From assembly GCA_020852475.1 (NCBI GenBank), contig JADZAR010000086.1:32631-96630 (forward strand): 64,000 nucleotides of DNA, written 5' to 3'. The translations under genes and the position numbers were made by a program. The stretch comes from Nitrosomonas sp. GTDB taxonomy: Bacteria; Pseudomonadota; Gammaproteobacteria; Burkholderiales; Nitrosomonadaceae. Positions within the stretch are counted from its first letter, which is position 1, and every line of letters begins with the position of its first letter. Below, piece by piece: positions 9,393 to 18,186 of the stretch. The notes under the pieces were generated by a model. That model made no database searches and had not been told where the DNA came from. It saw nothing but the letters and a program-made list of their open reading frames with translations.

Positions 9393-10088
9393 TTAGCGTC
9401 TACGTGCGCCAGAAACTTCAACTTCTACACGGCGATCGGGTTCGAGACACGCGCGTAACGCTTGCCCTGATTTCCCATCACAGGCAGTACCGGTTACAGG
9501 CTGGGTTTCGCCTTTTCCATCTGTAAAGATGCTGCTATCGGGAATTCCTCTCGACATGAGATAAGCCTTAACAGATTCGGCGCGGCGCACTGATAATCTC
9601 TGGTTATAGTCTGGATTACCAATTCTGTCCGCATGTCCAACAGCGACAATGACATCAAAATTGATACCATCCAAGCCTCGAACGAACTCATCCAGCGCGA
9701 TTTTGCCATTTGGTTTCAATACGGCACTGTCGAAATCAAAAAGCGCGTCTGCAGAAAATGTTAATTTTTCTGGCGGTGATACGGGCGCCGCAGCCGGCGC
9801 AAGAGCTGATTCTGGTGCAGCTTCTGCTACTTTTTCATAGCCATCGCAACCCTCGACAACAGCCAGCGATTCGTTCCAATACCCTGTCCGCCAGCAGTGA
9901 TTGCCAAGATCGTATGTGCTGCGCCATACTTGACCAGCATTGCCTTCAGATGTGTAACCTTCGGGTTGGTTAATGCTGTCACCATGACCTTGAGCAGCGA
10001 CTGCTACATGCGCTGTAACTGCGCCGGAGAAGAACGCAGGCAGTAGGATCATTCCAATCAGTTTTTTCTTGGCTGATAATTTATTCAT
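9393..10088 (-). CDS. OmpA-family peptidoglycan-associated protein with signal peptide
   Basis: The N-terminal signal is MNKLSAKKKLIGMILLPAFFSGAVTAHVAVA. The C-terminal OmpA_C motif is VGHADRIGNPDYNQRLSVRRAESV. Confidence 0.85.
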   Translation of the reverse strand: MNKLSAKKKLIGMILLPAFFSGAVTAHVAVAAQGHGDSINQPEGYTSEGNAGQVWRSTYDLGNHCWRTGYWNESLAVVEGCDGYEKVAEAAPESALAPAAAPVSPPEKLTFSADALFDFDSAVLKPNGKIALDEFVRGLDGINFDVIVAVGHADRIGNPDYNQRLSVRRAESVKAYLMSRGIPDSSIFTDGKGETQPVTGTACDGKSGQALRACLEPDRRVEVEVSGARRR

Positions 10089-10601
10089 GCTGTTATCCTT
10101 TTAAGTGAACTTCAGATTTAGATTATTTACTGTCTAATATGATATCAAACAGTAAAAAGCTGTCCCACCATTTAAAATTCTTTTCACGTATGATGTGCTG
10201 ACGCGATTATGAGTTTATATACTGATTTTTGTCAAATTGATGTGTATCTTATATACAACATAGCCTATTAACATGCTGAAATAAATATAAGCTTTAAATA
10301 TAACTTAAGCAACTTAAGAAAGAGAGTGAGGCTTTGACCAAGCATTTTGTGTCGTAATAATCATACACTTTATGGTGTATGTATAATTTTCATATTTTTT
10401 GAAAATTTCTATTAGAAAAGTTAGTGGTGCGCGTATCATTTGACTTCAACTCAAATTACCTGGAATGCGATTCCATAGGGCTGATATATATCACTCAAAT
10501 AGTGTGTTGTCGTAAATGTAATGTGCTATAAAATGATAGCTTAAAGTCTGCTCCTGAAGTTAATCAGTCTTGGAATGTAGTAAAACTGTAAGGATTCTGG
10601 T

Positions 10602-11336
10602 GTGACAGATCACGGTGCATCATCATTTACTTTATCAGCGCAGCATTTGAGTCGTGCATATAACGGGATTTTTGCTGTGCATGACGTTACGCTACAACTT
10701 CGGCAAGGCGAAATACTCGGTTTACTGGGACCGAATAGCGCGGGCAAATCGACAACCATGCACATGCTCACTGGCAATCTCGCGCCTAATTCGGGAAAAA
10801 TTGAAATCTGCGGGATAGATTTACTGGATAACCCAGAATCCGCAAAGGCCCATCTGGGCTATTTACCCGAGATACCGCCGCTTTACATGGATATGACTGT
10901 AGATGAATTTCTGGTTTTTGTGGCGCAGTTGCATCGGATAGATAAAAAAATTATCGTGCAGGCGGTTGAACACTGTAAAAAAAAATGCGGCCTGACTGAA
11001 CGCGGCAATCAACTGATTGGCACACTGTCAAAAGGTTTGCAGCAACGAGTCGGTATAGCTCAGGCGGTTATTCATGAACCTGATGTCATCATTCTGGACG
11101 AACCTACTGTAGGTCTGGATCCGAATCAAATACGTGAAATGCGTCAATTGATACGTACATTGGGTCTGTCGAGCAGTATTATTCTGTCCACGCATATTCT
11201 TTCGGAAGTGGAAAGTTTATGCGACCGCGTATTGATCATGAATAAAGGGCATATCGTCTTCGATCAGACGCTTGCACAGTTGCAGGAAAAAGGTAGAGAT
11301 CTGGAAACTGTATTCACTGAACTGACGCAAATATGA
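10602..11336 (+). CDS. ABC transporter ATP-binding protein (GldA-like, ABC-2 type)
   Basis: Walker A is GPNSAGKST, the signature is LSKGLQQRV and Walker B is IILDEP. The start is GTG. Confidence 0.9.
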   Translation: MTDHGASSFTLSAQHLSRAYNGIFAVHDVTLQLRQGEILGLLGPNSAGKSTTMHMLTGNLAPNSGKIEICGIDLLDNPESAKAHLGYLPEIPPLYMDMTVDEFLVFVAQLHRIDKKIIVQAVEHCKKKCGLTERGNQLIGTLSKGLQQRVGIAQAVIHEPDVIILDEPTVGLDPNQIREMRQLIRTLGLSSSIILSTHILSEVESLCDRVLIMNKGHIVFDQTLAQLQEKGRDLETVFTELTQI

Positions 11337-11409
11337 AAAGAAATTTCATTAGCAGGTTATTGAAAAATGTGATCGAGGTAGTCGAATGCCTGACAAAAAA
11401 ACAGACGAC

Positions 11410-11556
11410 GCAAGCAAAGCGCAGCGAACAGCCATGAGGTTGATCCGCAGGTCGAGAGGCACTTACGCCGAGTAAAAAGCGGAGTTTATGCATGATAAAT
11501 GAGCATTTTGAGTCTATTTTTAACGCTACAGCGGCAACGCAGATAATTTTTCAACA
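11410..11556 (+). repeat. Copy A of a ~145-bp intergenic repeat (second copy at 20215-20359)
   Basis: By my hand alignment it is roughly four-fifths identical to copy B, in the same orientation. The perfectly shared cores are TGATAAATGAGCATTTTGAG (11493-11512), CAGCGGCAACGCAG and TAATTTTTCAACA. Confidence 0.8.
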
Positions 11557-11577
11557 CTTTGTTAGAAGGAAGCATGT

Positions 11578-12324
11578 TTGATGATTCACGTCATAGTCGG
11601 CAAAGAACTAAGAGCCCTGTTTGTATCACCGCTGGCCTGGTTTTTACTGGCATTGATGCAAGTTGCGTTGACCTGGGTTTTTCTCGGTCGCCTGGATGCT
11701 TATCTGCACGTGCAACCGCAATTGCAGCAAATTGCCAATCCCCCCGGTTTTACGGAAATCATTGTGACACCTGTTTTTGCAATGGCAGCGTTAATTCTGT
11801 TAATGATCGTTCCATTACTGACAATGCGTCTGCTGGCGGAAGAACGTAAAAATCGCACATTGATTTTACTGATGTCGGCACCGATTTCTATCAGTGAGAT
11901 TGTCATCGGCAAATTTCTCGGTCTTATGCTTTTTATTGCTGGTGTGATAATTTTTATCGTAATTTTATCTATCACCTTGTCAATGGCGGGCACGCTGGAT
12001 TCCGGACTGTTGATCAGTAATGTATCAGGATTATTTTTGGTGACATGCTGCTTTGTTGCTTTAGGGCTTTATATTTCCAGTCTGACCATGCAACCCGCTA
12101 TCGCTGCACTGGGAACCCTGGGAATCTTATTGTGCTTTTGGGTACTGGATATGCTGGAGAGTGATCAAGGAAGCTGGATTCACTATTTTTCCTTGCTGAA
12201 ACATTTCAAACAGTTTAACAGCGGATTGCTGGATTCCTTCAGCATAGCTTATCTCGTTTTATTCACGCTGTTCTTCATTGTATTAACCATTCGCCACTTG
12301 GATGGAGATCGGTTGCACCGGTAG
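11578..12324 (+). CDS. ABC-2 type transporter permease (GldF-like)
   Basis: The protein is multi-pass and hydrophobic, and it follows the ATPase. The track start at 11578 is TTG; the ATG at 11581 is equally possible. Confidence 0.8.
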   Translation: MMIHVIVGKELRALFVSPLAWFLLALMQVALTWVFLGRLDAYLHVQPQLQQIANPPGFTEIIVTPVFAMAALILLMIVPLLTMRLLAEERKNRTLILLMSAPISISEIVIGKFLGLMLFIAGVIIFIVILSITLSMAGTLDSGLLISNVSGLFLVTCCFVALGLYISSLTMQPAIAALGTLGILLCFWVLDMLESDQGSWIHYFSLLKHFKQFNSGLLDSFSIAYLVLFTLFFIVLTIRHLDGDRLHR

Positions 12325-12329
12325 CATTC

Positions 12330-13688
12330 ATGACAATTTCCAGCAAAAAATTTCGTCTTCAACATAAAATACAGCACGGTATTTTCGTTGTCCTGTTACT
12401 GTTTTTGTTTGTGCTGCTGGGTTATCTTGCGCTTGAAACACAACAGCAATGGGACATCAGCCAGAACGGCCGCAATACGCTCAGTCAAACCAGCATTGAT
12501 ATATTGCACAAAATGAAAGGCCCGATTCAGGTTACTGCTTATGCAACCGAAAAGCATGCGCAGTATGGCGATGTGCGTGACATTATTCATAATTTTATGC
12601 AACTGTATCAGCGAATTAAACCTGATCTTTCGCTGACATTTATCGACCCTGTTGAACAGCCACGTCTGACCAAAGACGCCGGGGTAAAAGTGAATGGCGA
12701 AATGGTTATCGATTATCAACAGAGACGAGCCCATTTGACAACAATTAACGAGCAGGCTTTCACGCAATTATTGATGCGTCTTGCGCGACCGGAAGAAAGA
12801 TTAATTATGGCGTTGAGCGGCCATGGCGAACGTAGTCTGGACGGTAATGCCAATTTCGATCTGGGTGATTTTGGCAGACAGCTGACTGTGAACGGTTTTG
12901 TCAGTCAACCGCTTAATCTGGCGCTAACGCCGGATATCCCGACGAATGCGGATGTGCTGCTTATCGCTTCGCCACAAGTCGATTTGATGCCCGGGGAAGT
13001 GGACAAGCTACTACACTATGTCGACCGTGGCGGGAACTTATTATGGTTGGTTGATCAGGAATCCTTGCGTGGCCTGCTTGCATTGACGGAGAAGCTGCGC
13101 CTTGTACTGACACCCGGTGTAGTTGTCGATCCACGGGCTGAACAATTGAAAGCGCCTGTCACATTTGCACTGGGTGCTATTTACGGGCAGCATGCGATAA
13201 CGCAGCACTTTGACTATATCACCGTATTTCCTTTTGCGCGTCAGATTGCCTTTAATGAAAATGACGAATGGAAAACCATTCCACTGGTTGATGTGGCGCC
13301 GAACGGCTGGGTGGAAAGCGGCTCACTTGATGAAGCGATAACCTTTGATGAAAGCGAAGATATTGCCGGCCCCGTCACCATCGCGGTTGCACTGACGCGT
13401 CAAGTTGATCACAGGGAACAGCGGATTGTTGTTGTCGGTAGCGGACATTTTCTGGCGAATAGTTACTTGGGTAATGGCAACAATCTGGATTTCGGTATCA
13501 ATATGATTAACTGGCTGACGGGTGACGAAGATCTGGTAAGCATCCAACCTCGCGCCACAATGGACAACCAGCTTGTTTTCAGCGAAACCGCGCTTAGCGG
13601 CATGGTTATCGTTTTTTTATTTATTTTACCGGGCGTGTTTCTGATTTGCGGTGTTGTGATCTGGTGGCGCCGGAAAAGGAGCAAATAA
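12330..13688 (+). CDS. GldG-family ABC-transport auxiliary protein (N- and C-terminal TM anchors, large periplasmic domain)
   Basis: The protein is 452 aa. The N-terminal TM segment is GIFVVLLLFLFVLLGYLAL and the C-terminal TM segment is followed by WWRRKRSK. The position after an ABC-2 permease matches the GldA/F/G arrangement. Confidence 0.7.
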   Translation: MTISSKKFRLQHKIQHGIFVVLLLFLFVLLGYLALETQQQWDISQNGRNTLSQTSIDILHKMKGPIQVTAYATEKHAQYGDVRDIIHNFMQLYQRIKPDLSLTFIDPVEQPRLTKDAGVKVNGEMVIDYQQRRAHLTTINEQAFTQLLMRLARPEERLIMALSGHGERSLDGNANFDLGDFGRQLTVNGFVSQPLNLALTPDIPTNADVLLIASPQVDLMPGEVDKLLHYVDRGGNLLWLVDQESLRGLLALTEKLRLVLTPGVVVDPRAEQLKAPVTFALGAIYGQHAITQHFDYITVFPFARQIAFNENDEWKTIPLVDVAPNGWVESGSLDEAITFDESEDIAGPVTIAVALTRQVDHREQRIVVVGSGHFLANSYLGNGNNLDFGINMINWLTGDEDLVSIQPRATMDNQLVFSETALSGMVIVFLFILPGVFLICGVVIWWRRKRSK

Positions 13689-13692
13689 AAAT

Positions 13693-14547
13693 ATGACGTA
13701 TCATTCACAGCTCAATCTGATCATGCTGGCGACCATTATTGGTCTGGCAATATTTCTTTATTTGACGCCTCAATTTCAGCCTGAATCCGATGCGGCATTT
13801 CAGGTTTCCTTGCGTGACCCCGATACGGTACAAATCGTTCGCATTATTCGCCATAATGAAGAAATCATTTTGCAACGCCTTGGAGGTAGCTGGTATTTAT
13901 CATCGCCTTATCACGCTCGTGCTGATGAAGTATTAGTTGGAAAAATATTGAATATCCTGTCAGCCAACAGCCGGCAGCGTTATCCCTTGACCAACAGTGA
14001 AGAGTTTAATCTGGATAATCCGCTTATTGAAGTATACCTGGATGATGATTATTTTGCCTTTGGCGGATTAGCGCCTACGATAAATGAACAGTATCTGACC
14101 ATCAATCAGCATGTTTATCTGGTGTCACCGCAATATGCCATATGGATACCGGTTAAACCGCTCGATATCGTTAGCATGCAATTACTGAATGAGAAGGAAA
14201 TACCAGTTGCGTTTGAGTTTCGTGATTTTTTGCTGAAACATGAGGGCGCTCAGGTCGATGGGTGGCGGATTAATGGGCGTATGAGTGAGCATCTGACGGC
14301 GGAGTTGTTGAATCGCTGGGTGCAACTATGGCATTCCAGTCAGGCGTCGGAATTGATTGTGGACCAGCATAAGCGATCGGCAGCCTATCCGGTCGCGAGA
14401 TTAACACTTCAGAACGGCGGAATAATTCAGTTCAGTGCACTGGAAGACGATAATGGCGCGATAATTTTTCGTAACGATGAACAGGTTGGTTATTTCTTTC
14501 CTCATCCGATAAACCGACAGCTGCTGGATCTTTACGGTTTAGAATAA
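13693..14547 (+). CDS. DUF4340-like protein (N-terminal anchor), fourth gene of the ABC module
   Basis: The gene starts 4 nt after the GldG-like stop and has a single N-terminal TM segment. The DUF4340 assignment is from memory of the usual neighbour of GldG homologues. Confidence 0.55.
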   Translation: MTYHSQLNLIMLATIIGLAIFLYLTPQFQPESDAAFQVSLRDPDTVQIVRIIRHNEEIILQRLGGSWYLSSPYHARADEVLVGKILNILSANSRQRYPLTNSEEFNLDNPLIEVYLDDDYFAFGGLAPTINEQYLTINQHVYLVSPQYAIWIPVKPLDIVSMQLLNEKEIPVAFEFRDFLLKHEGAQVDGWRINGRMSEHLTAELLNRWVQLWHSSQASELIVDQHKRSAAYPVARLTLQNGGIIQFSALEDDNGAIIFRNDEQVGYFFPHPINRQLLDLYGLE

Positions 14548-14573
14548 AATTTCAACATTCTGAAGACTGTTTT

Positions 14574-15401
14574 ATGCCAGAATTGCCAGAGGTTGAGGTG
14601 ACCCGGAACGGCATCGCGCCGTATCTGGAACAACATCATATTACAGCCATTATTGTACGAAACAGAAAATTGCGCTGGCCAGTTCCGGAATGTCTTGATG
14701 CTGTGCTGCGTGGTCAACAAATTCAAACGATTATGCGGCGGGGAAAATATCTATTATTTATTGTCGATGCCGGGACATTAATTATTCATTTGGGCATGTC
14801 CGGCAGTCTGCGAATTTTAACGCGTGACAATCCGGCTGTGAACGCTCCGGGTGTGCATGATCATTTTGATTTAATTGCTGAAAATCGAGTTGTAATGCGA
14901 ATGCGGGATCCGCGTCGTTTTGGCGCTGTTTTATGGCACCAAGGCGACGTCCTGCAACACCCGCTATTGCGTGATTTGGGACCTGAGCCAATATCCGAAG
15001 ACTTTAACGCGGAAAGATTGTACAAACATTCACGTGGCAGGAAATCAAGCATTAAGACAATGTTGATGGATAGTCATGTTGTTGTCGGTGTGGGAAATAT
15101 TTATGCTAATGAAGCACTGTATCACGCTGGCATTCATCCATCCGTTGCTATTGGCAGAATAGGGCTTCGCCGTTACGGTAAGCTTGTGCGGGAAGTGCGA
15201 ACAGTACTGCAAAAAGCCATTCATGCTGGCGGAAGCAGTTTACGTGATTTTGCGCATGCTAATGGCAATCCAGGTTATTTTCAGCAGCACTACTGGGTGT
15301 ATGGGCGTACAGGACTGCCTTGCCGGACTTGTCATACAGCAATCAGGCAAATCAGACAAAACCAGCGGTCCAGCTTTTATTGCCCTGATTGCCAGCATTA
15401 A
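14574..15401 (+). CDS. mutM: Formamidopyrimidine-DNA glycosylase
   Basis: The N-terminus is MPELPEVE and the C-terminal zinc finger is CRTC...CPDCQ. The protein is 275 aa. Confidence 0.95.
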   Translation: MPELPEVEVTRNGIAPYLEQHHITAIIVRNRKLRWPVPECLDAVLRGQQIQTIMRRGKYLLFIVDAGTLIIHLGMSGSLRILTRDNPAVNAPGVHDHFDLIAENRVVMRMRDPRRFGAVLWHQGDVLQHPLLRDLGPEPISEDFNAERLYKHSRGRKSSIKTMLMDSHVVVGVGNIYANEALYHAGIHPSVAIGRIGLRRYGKLVREVRTVLQKAIHAGGSSLRDFAHANGNPGYFQQHYWVYGRTGLPCRTCHTAIRQIRQNQRSSFYCPDCQH

Positions 15402-15431
15402 AAACAGGTATAAAATACGAACGGAAAGAAC

Positions 15432-16271
15432 GTGGAAAAAATTAAAATCACATTTATCGGCGGAGGCAATATGGCTTCTGCTTTGATCAGCGGACTGATA
15501 CAACAGGGCTACAGCGCCGGGCAGATTAATGTCGTAGAAATTGATCCTGAACGTCGAAATCGCATTAAAGAAACGTTTGGCATAAGCGTAATGTCTGGTT
15601 TGACCGATGGAATATCACAGTTTGGCAAGGAAAATGAACTGAATATTATTGTGTTGGCCGTTAAACCACAGCAAATACAAACAATAGCGCAGCATATTGC
15701 TGGTCTGCTGAAACACCATCTGATTATTTCCATTGCGGCGGGTATACGCGTTATTGATATCATGCGTTGGCTGGATGGTTATCCGCGTGTCATCCGTGCA
15801 ATGCCCAATACACCCTCTTTTGTCCGTGCGGGCGTAACAGGACTTTATGCCGCGCCGGTAACCAGCGAACTGGACCGTCGTTCTGCCGAGTCTATCTTGA
15901 GCGCAGTCGGAACAGTTTTCTGGGTGGATGACGAGGAGATGCTGCACACGGTAACGGCCATATCCGGCAGCGGACCCGCTTATGTATTTTATTTTATTGA
16001 ATCCATGCAGCAAGCAGGGATAAAATTAGGATTGACGTTGGAGCAGTCCAGGCAATTGAGTTTGCAAACTTTCCTTGGAGCAATTAAATTGGCCAGTGAA
16101 AGTCAAGAAGATGTATCGGTGTTACGGGAAAAGGTAACGTCAAAAGGTGGAACAACGCAGGAAGCCATTCAATCAATGGAGGATGACAATGTCAAAACAT
16201 CCATTATCACTGCAATTAAAGCATCTTACGCGCGCTCAAAGGAAATGAGCGATGAATACAGTAAAATGTAA
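15432..16271 (+). CDS. proC: Pyrroline-5-carboxylate reductase
   Basis: The GTG start is followed by ITFIGGGNMASALISGL (Rossmann fold) and the C-terminal KGGTTQEA motif. Confidence 0.9.
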   Translation: MEKIKITFIGGGNMASALISGLIQQGYSAGQINVVEIDPERRNRIKETFGISVMSGLTDGISQFGKENELNIIVLAVKPQQIQTIAQHIAGLLKHHLIISIAAGIRVIDIMRWLDGYPRVIRAMPNTPSFVRAGVTGLYAAPVTSELDRRSAESILSAVGTVFWVDDEEMLHTVTAISGSGPAYVFYFIESMQQAGIKLGLTLEQSRQLSLQTFLGAIKLASESQEDVSVLREKVTSKGGTTQEAIQSMEDDNVKTSIITAIKASYARSKEMSDEYSKM

Positions 16272-16356
16272 AAGCTTAAATAACAAAAGCATACAGTCAT
16301 TGGTATTCTTGAGTTCAGCAAATGCCCATTTATAACAGTTTTGAAGGGAACGACAA

Positions 16357-16932
16357 GTGACAGGCGACATATTGATTTTTCTAGTTGACACCCTATTAGG
16401 TCTTTTTTCCTTGGCGCTGCTATTACGCTTTTATTTCCAGTTGCTGCGCGTGCCCTACTACAACAATGCTTCACAGTTTCTGATCGCAGTGACCGATTTT
16501 ATCGTTCGACCAGCGCGCCGCTTTATTCCTGGGTGGAAAGGTCTGGATTTGTCGACATTGATTCTGGCCTGGCTGGTTGAATGCATTATTCTTGTTACAG
16601 TGCATTTTAGTCAGGAGCACGATTTTGGTAATAACATGATCACGACTATCGGCGTCATTGGTTTGATGAGTATCATTCAAATTATCAAAACCACGCTGTA
16701 CATTGTGTTGGTCATGATTATTGCACAAGCTGTAGTATCCTGGATCAATCCCTATAGTCCAATAGCACCATTGCTGAATACGTTTACGCAACCCTTTCTT
16801 GCTGTGTTTCGCAGACGTATTCCACCCATCGCCAACGTTGATCTTTCTCCATTATTTGCGCTTATAGTTATCCAGTTGTTGCTGATGATGATCACTGGCA
16901 TCAATATGGAGTTCAGGTCAATGCTGGATTAA
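16357..16932 (+). CDS. yggT: YggT-family membrane protein
   Basis: The protein is hydrophobic (191 aa) and contains LLRFYFQLLRVPYYN. The proC-yggT-yggU synteny is conserved. Confidence 0.8.
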   Translation: MTGDILIFLVDTLLGLFSLALLLRFYFQLLRVPYYNNASQFLIAVTDFIVRPARRFIPGWKGLDLSTLILAWLVECIILVTVHFSQEHDFGNNMITTIGVIGLMSIIQIIKTTLYIVLVMIIAQAVVSWINPYSPIAPLLNTFTQPFLAVFRRRIPPIANVDLSPLFALIVIQLLLMMITGINMEFRSMLD

Positions 16933-16949
16933 CAGTTCGGTTACGTCTG

Positions 16950-17237
16950 ATGAGTTGGTTTCGTAGTGAGGGTGATGGTGTTTTCATTCTGACAGTATAT
17001 GTTCAGCCTGGTGCAAAACGCACTGAAGCGGTCGGCTTGCATGGCGATGCTTTGAAAATAAAGATTGCTGCTGCACCGTTCGCAGGCAAAGCTAACACAG
17101 CGTTATTAAATTATCTCGCAGACTGTTTTGAGGTGCCGAGTAATCAGGTTCTGCTCAGACAGGGTGCAAAATCAAGACACAAGGTTGTAGCGATATTACA
17201 AGCCAGACATGCTCCAGATACTTTATTTCAAGATTAA
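16950..17237 (+). CDS. yggU: DUF167 (YggU) family protein
   Basis: The protein is 95 aa and contains VYVQPGAKRTE...GKANTALLNYLA. Confidence 0.8.
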   Translation: MSWFRSEGDGVFILTVYVQPGAKRTEAVGLHGDALKIKIAAAPFAGKANTALLNYLADCFEVPSNQVLLRQGAKSRHKVVAILQARHAPDTLFQD

Positions 17238-17312
17238 CGCTTCAGATTTCGTGTATTTGATATTCAGGCGCCAGTATCCGGCAAATTGCTGTAATCATTT
17301 TCCGGAAATCGC

Positions 17313-17861
17313 ATGTCACAATTGATTCTGTTCAATAAACCCTATGGCGTGATCTGTCAGTTTACCCCGTTATCCGGGCACGCATCACTCAAGCAATATA
17401 TTCCTCTATCCGGTTTCTATCCGGCCGGTCGATTGGATACTGACAGTGAAGGTCTGGTTTTGCTCACCAATGACGGGCATTTACAGCATAGAATCAGCGA
17501 TCCAAAGTTCAAACTCCCCAAACTCTATTGGGTGCAGGTTGAGGGGATTCCAACGCCTGATGCGCTTCAGCAGTTGCGGGCTGGTGTCTTGATACGAAAT
17601 CATCAGACTACACAACCTGCAAGCGTCACTGTGATAGAACAACCGGAAAATCTTTGGCCGAGAATGCCTCCCGTTCGGGTAAGAAAATATATACCAACGA
17701 CATGGTTAGAACTGATTCTTAAAGAAGGAAAAAACCGCCAGGTACGTCGCATGACTGCTGCCGTAGGTTATCCGACATTACGCTTAATACGCTTCGCGGT
17801 TGGTCATTACACCATAAAAAATCTTGCATCAGGTGATTGGCGGATATTAGATATTTTATAA
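17313..17861 (+). CDS. rluE: 23S rRNA pseudouridine synthase, RluE-type (no S4 domain)
   Basis: The catalytic motif is GRLDTDSEGLVLLTNDG. It also has GKNRQVRRM. The protein is 182 aa. Confidence 0.8.
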   Translation: MSQLILFNKPYGVICQFTPLSGHASLKQYIPLSGFYPAGRLDTDSEGLVLLTNDGHLQHRISDPKFKLPKLYWVQVEGIPTPDALQQLRAGVLIRNHQTTQPASVTVIEQPENLWPRMPPVRVRKYIPTTWLELILKEGKNRQVRRMTAAVGYPTLRLIRFAVGHYTIKNLASGDWRILDIL

Positions 17862-18186
17862 TGATATATCTTAAGTAACTGAAACATGGGTTTCTATTTT
17901 TCAGTTGAACTAAAAATGGGGTTACAAATATTTACAGTTATAGTTTGTATAATGCTAAGATATAAAATTATTGAATTATCGGATAAACGAGTCAGAATTA
18001 TTGTCTCAGCAGTATTCATTTCGCTATATAAATTTTTGAAGAAATTGGTTTTTTTGAGAAATTCGAGTTTTGTTTCAAATGTAAGTTGGTCCTGATAGCA
18101 TAAGCGCCGAGTTTAGCGCATGCTGGTATTTTGTTTTAACATATTTGCCTATAGAAATTACAGGCTTTTAGAAGGAAAATAGTTAT

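Noticed and set aside
11499-11546. A 15-codon ORF conserved in both repeat copies (MSILSLFLTLQRQRR at 11499-11546; MSILSLLLVPQRQRS at 20302-20349), preceded by TGATAA
   Set aside because: The same length and stop in both copies is intriguing. However, the nearest GGAG/GGGG lies ~14-16 nt upstream, which is poor SD spacing. The peptide is very short, and non-synonymous differences outnumber synonymous ones. I treat it as probably fortuitous unless ribosome profiling shows otherwise.
11559-11849. A 96-aa ORF overlapping the start of the ABC-2 permease in another frame
   Set aside because: The permease frame gives a coherent polytopic membrane protein, while this ORF is Cys/Ser/Arg-rich with no motifs.
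17886-18095. A 69-aa ORF in the AT-rich spacer upstream of the desaturase gene
   Set aside because: The region is extremely AT-rich, with no SD, and the peptide has odd composition (I/F/K/L-rich). It is more likely promoter or leader DNA.
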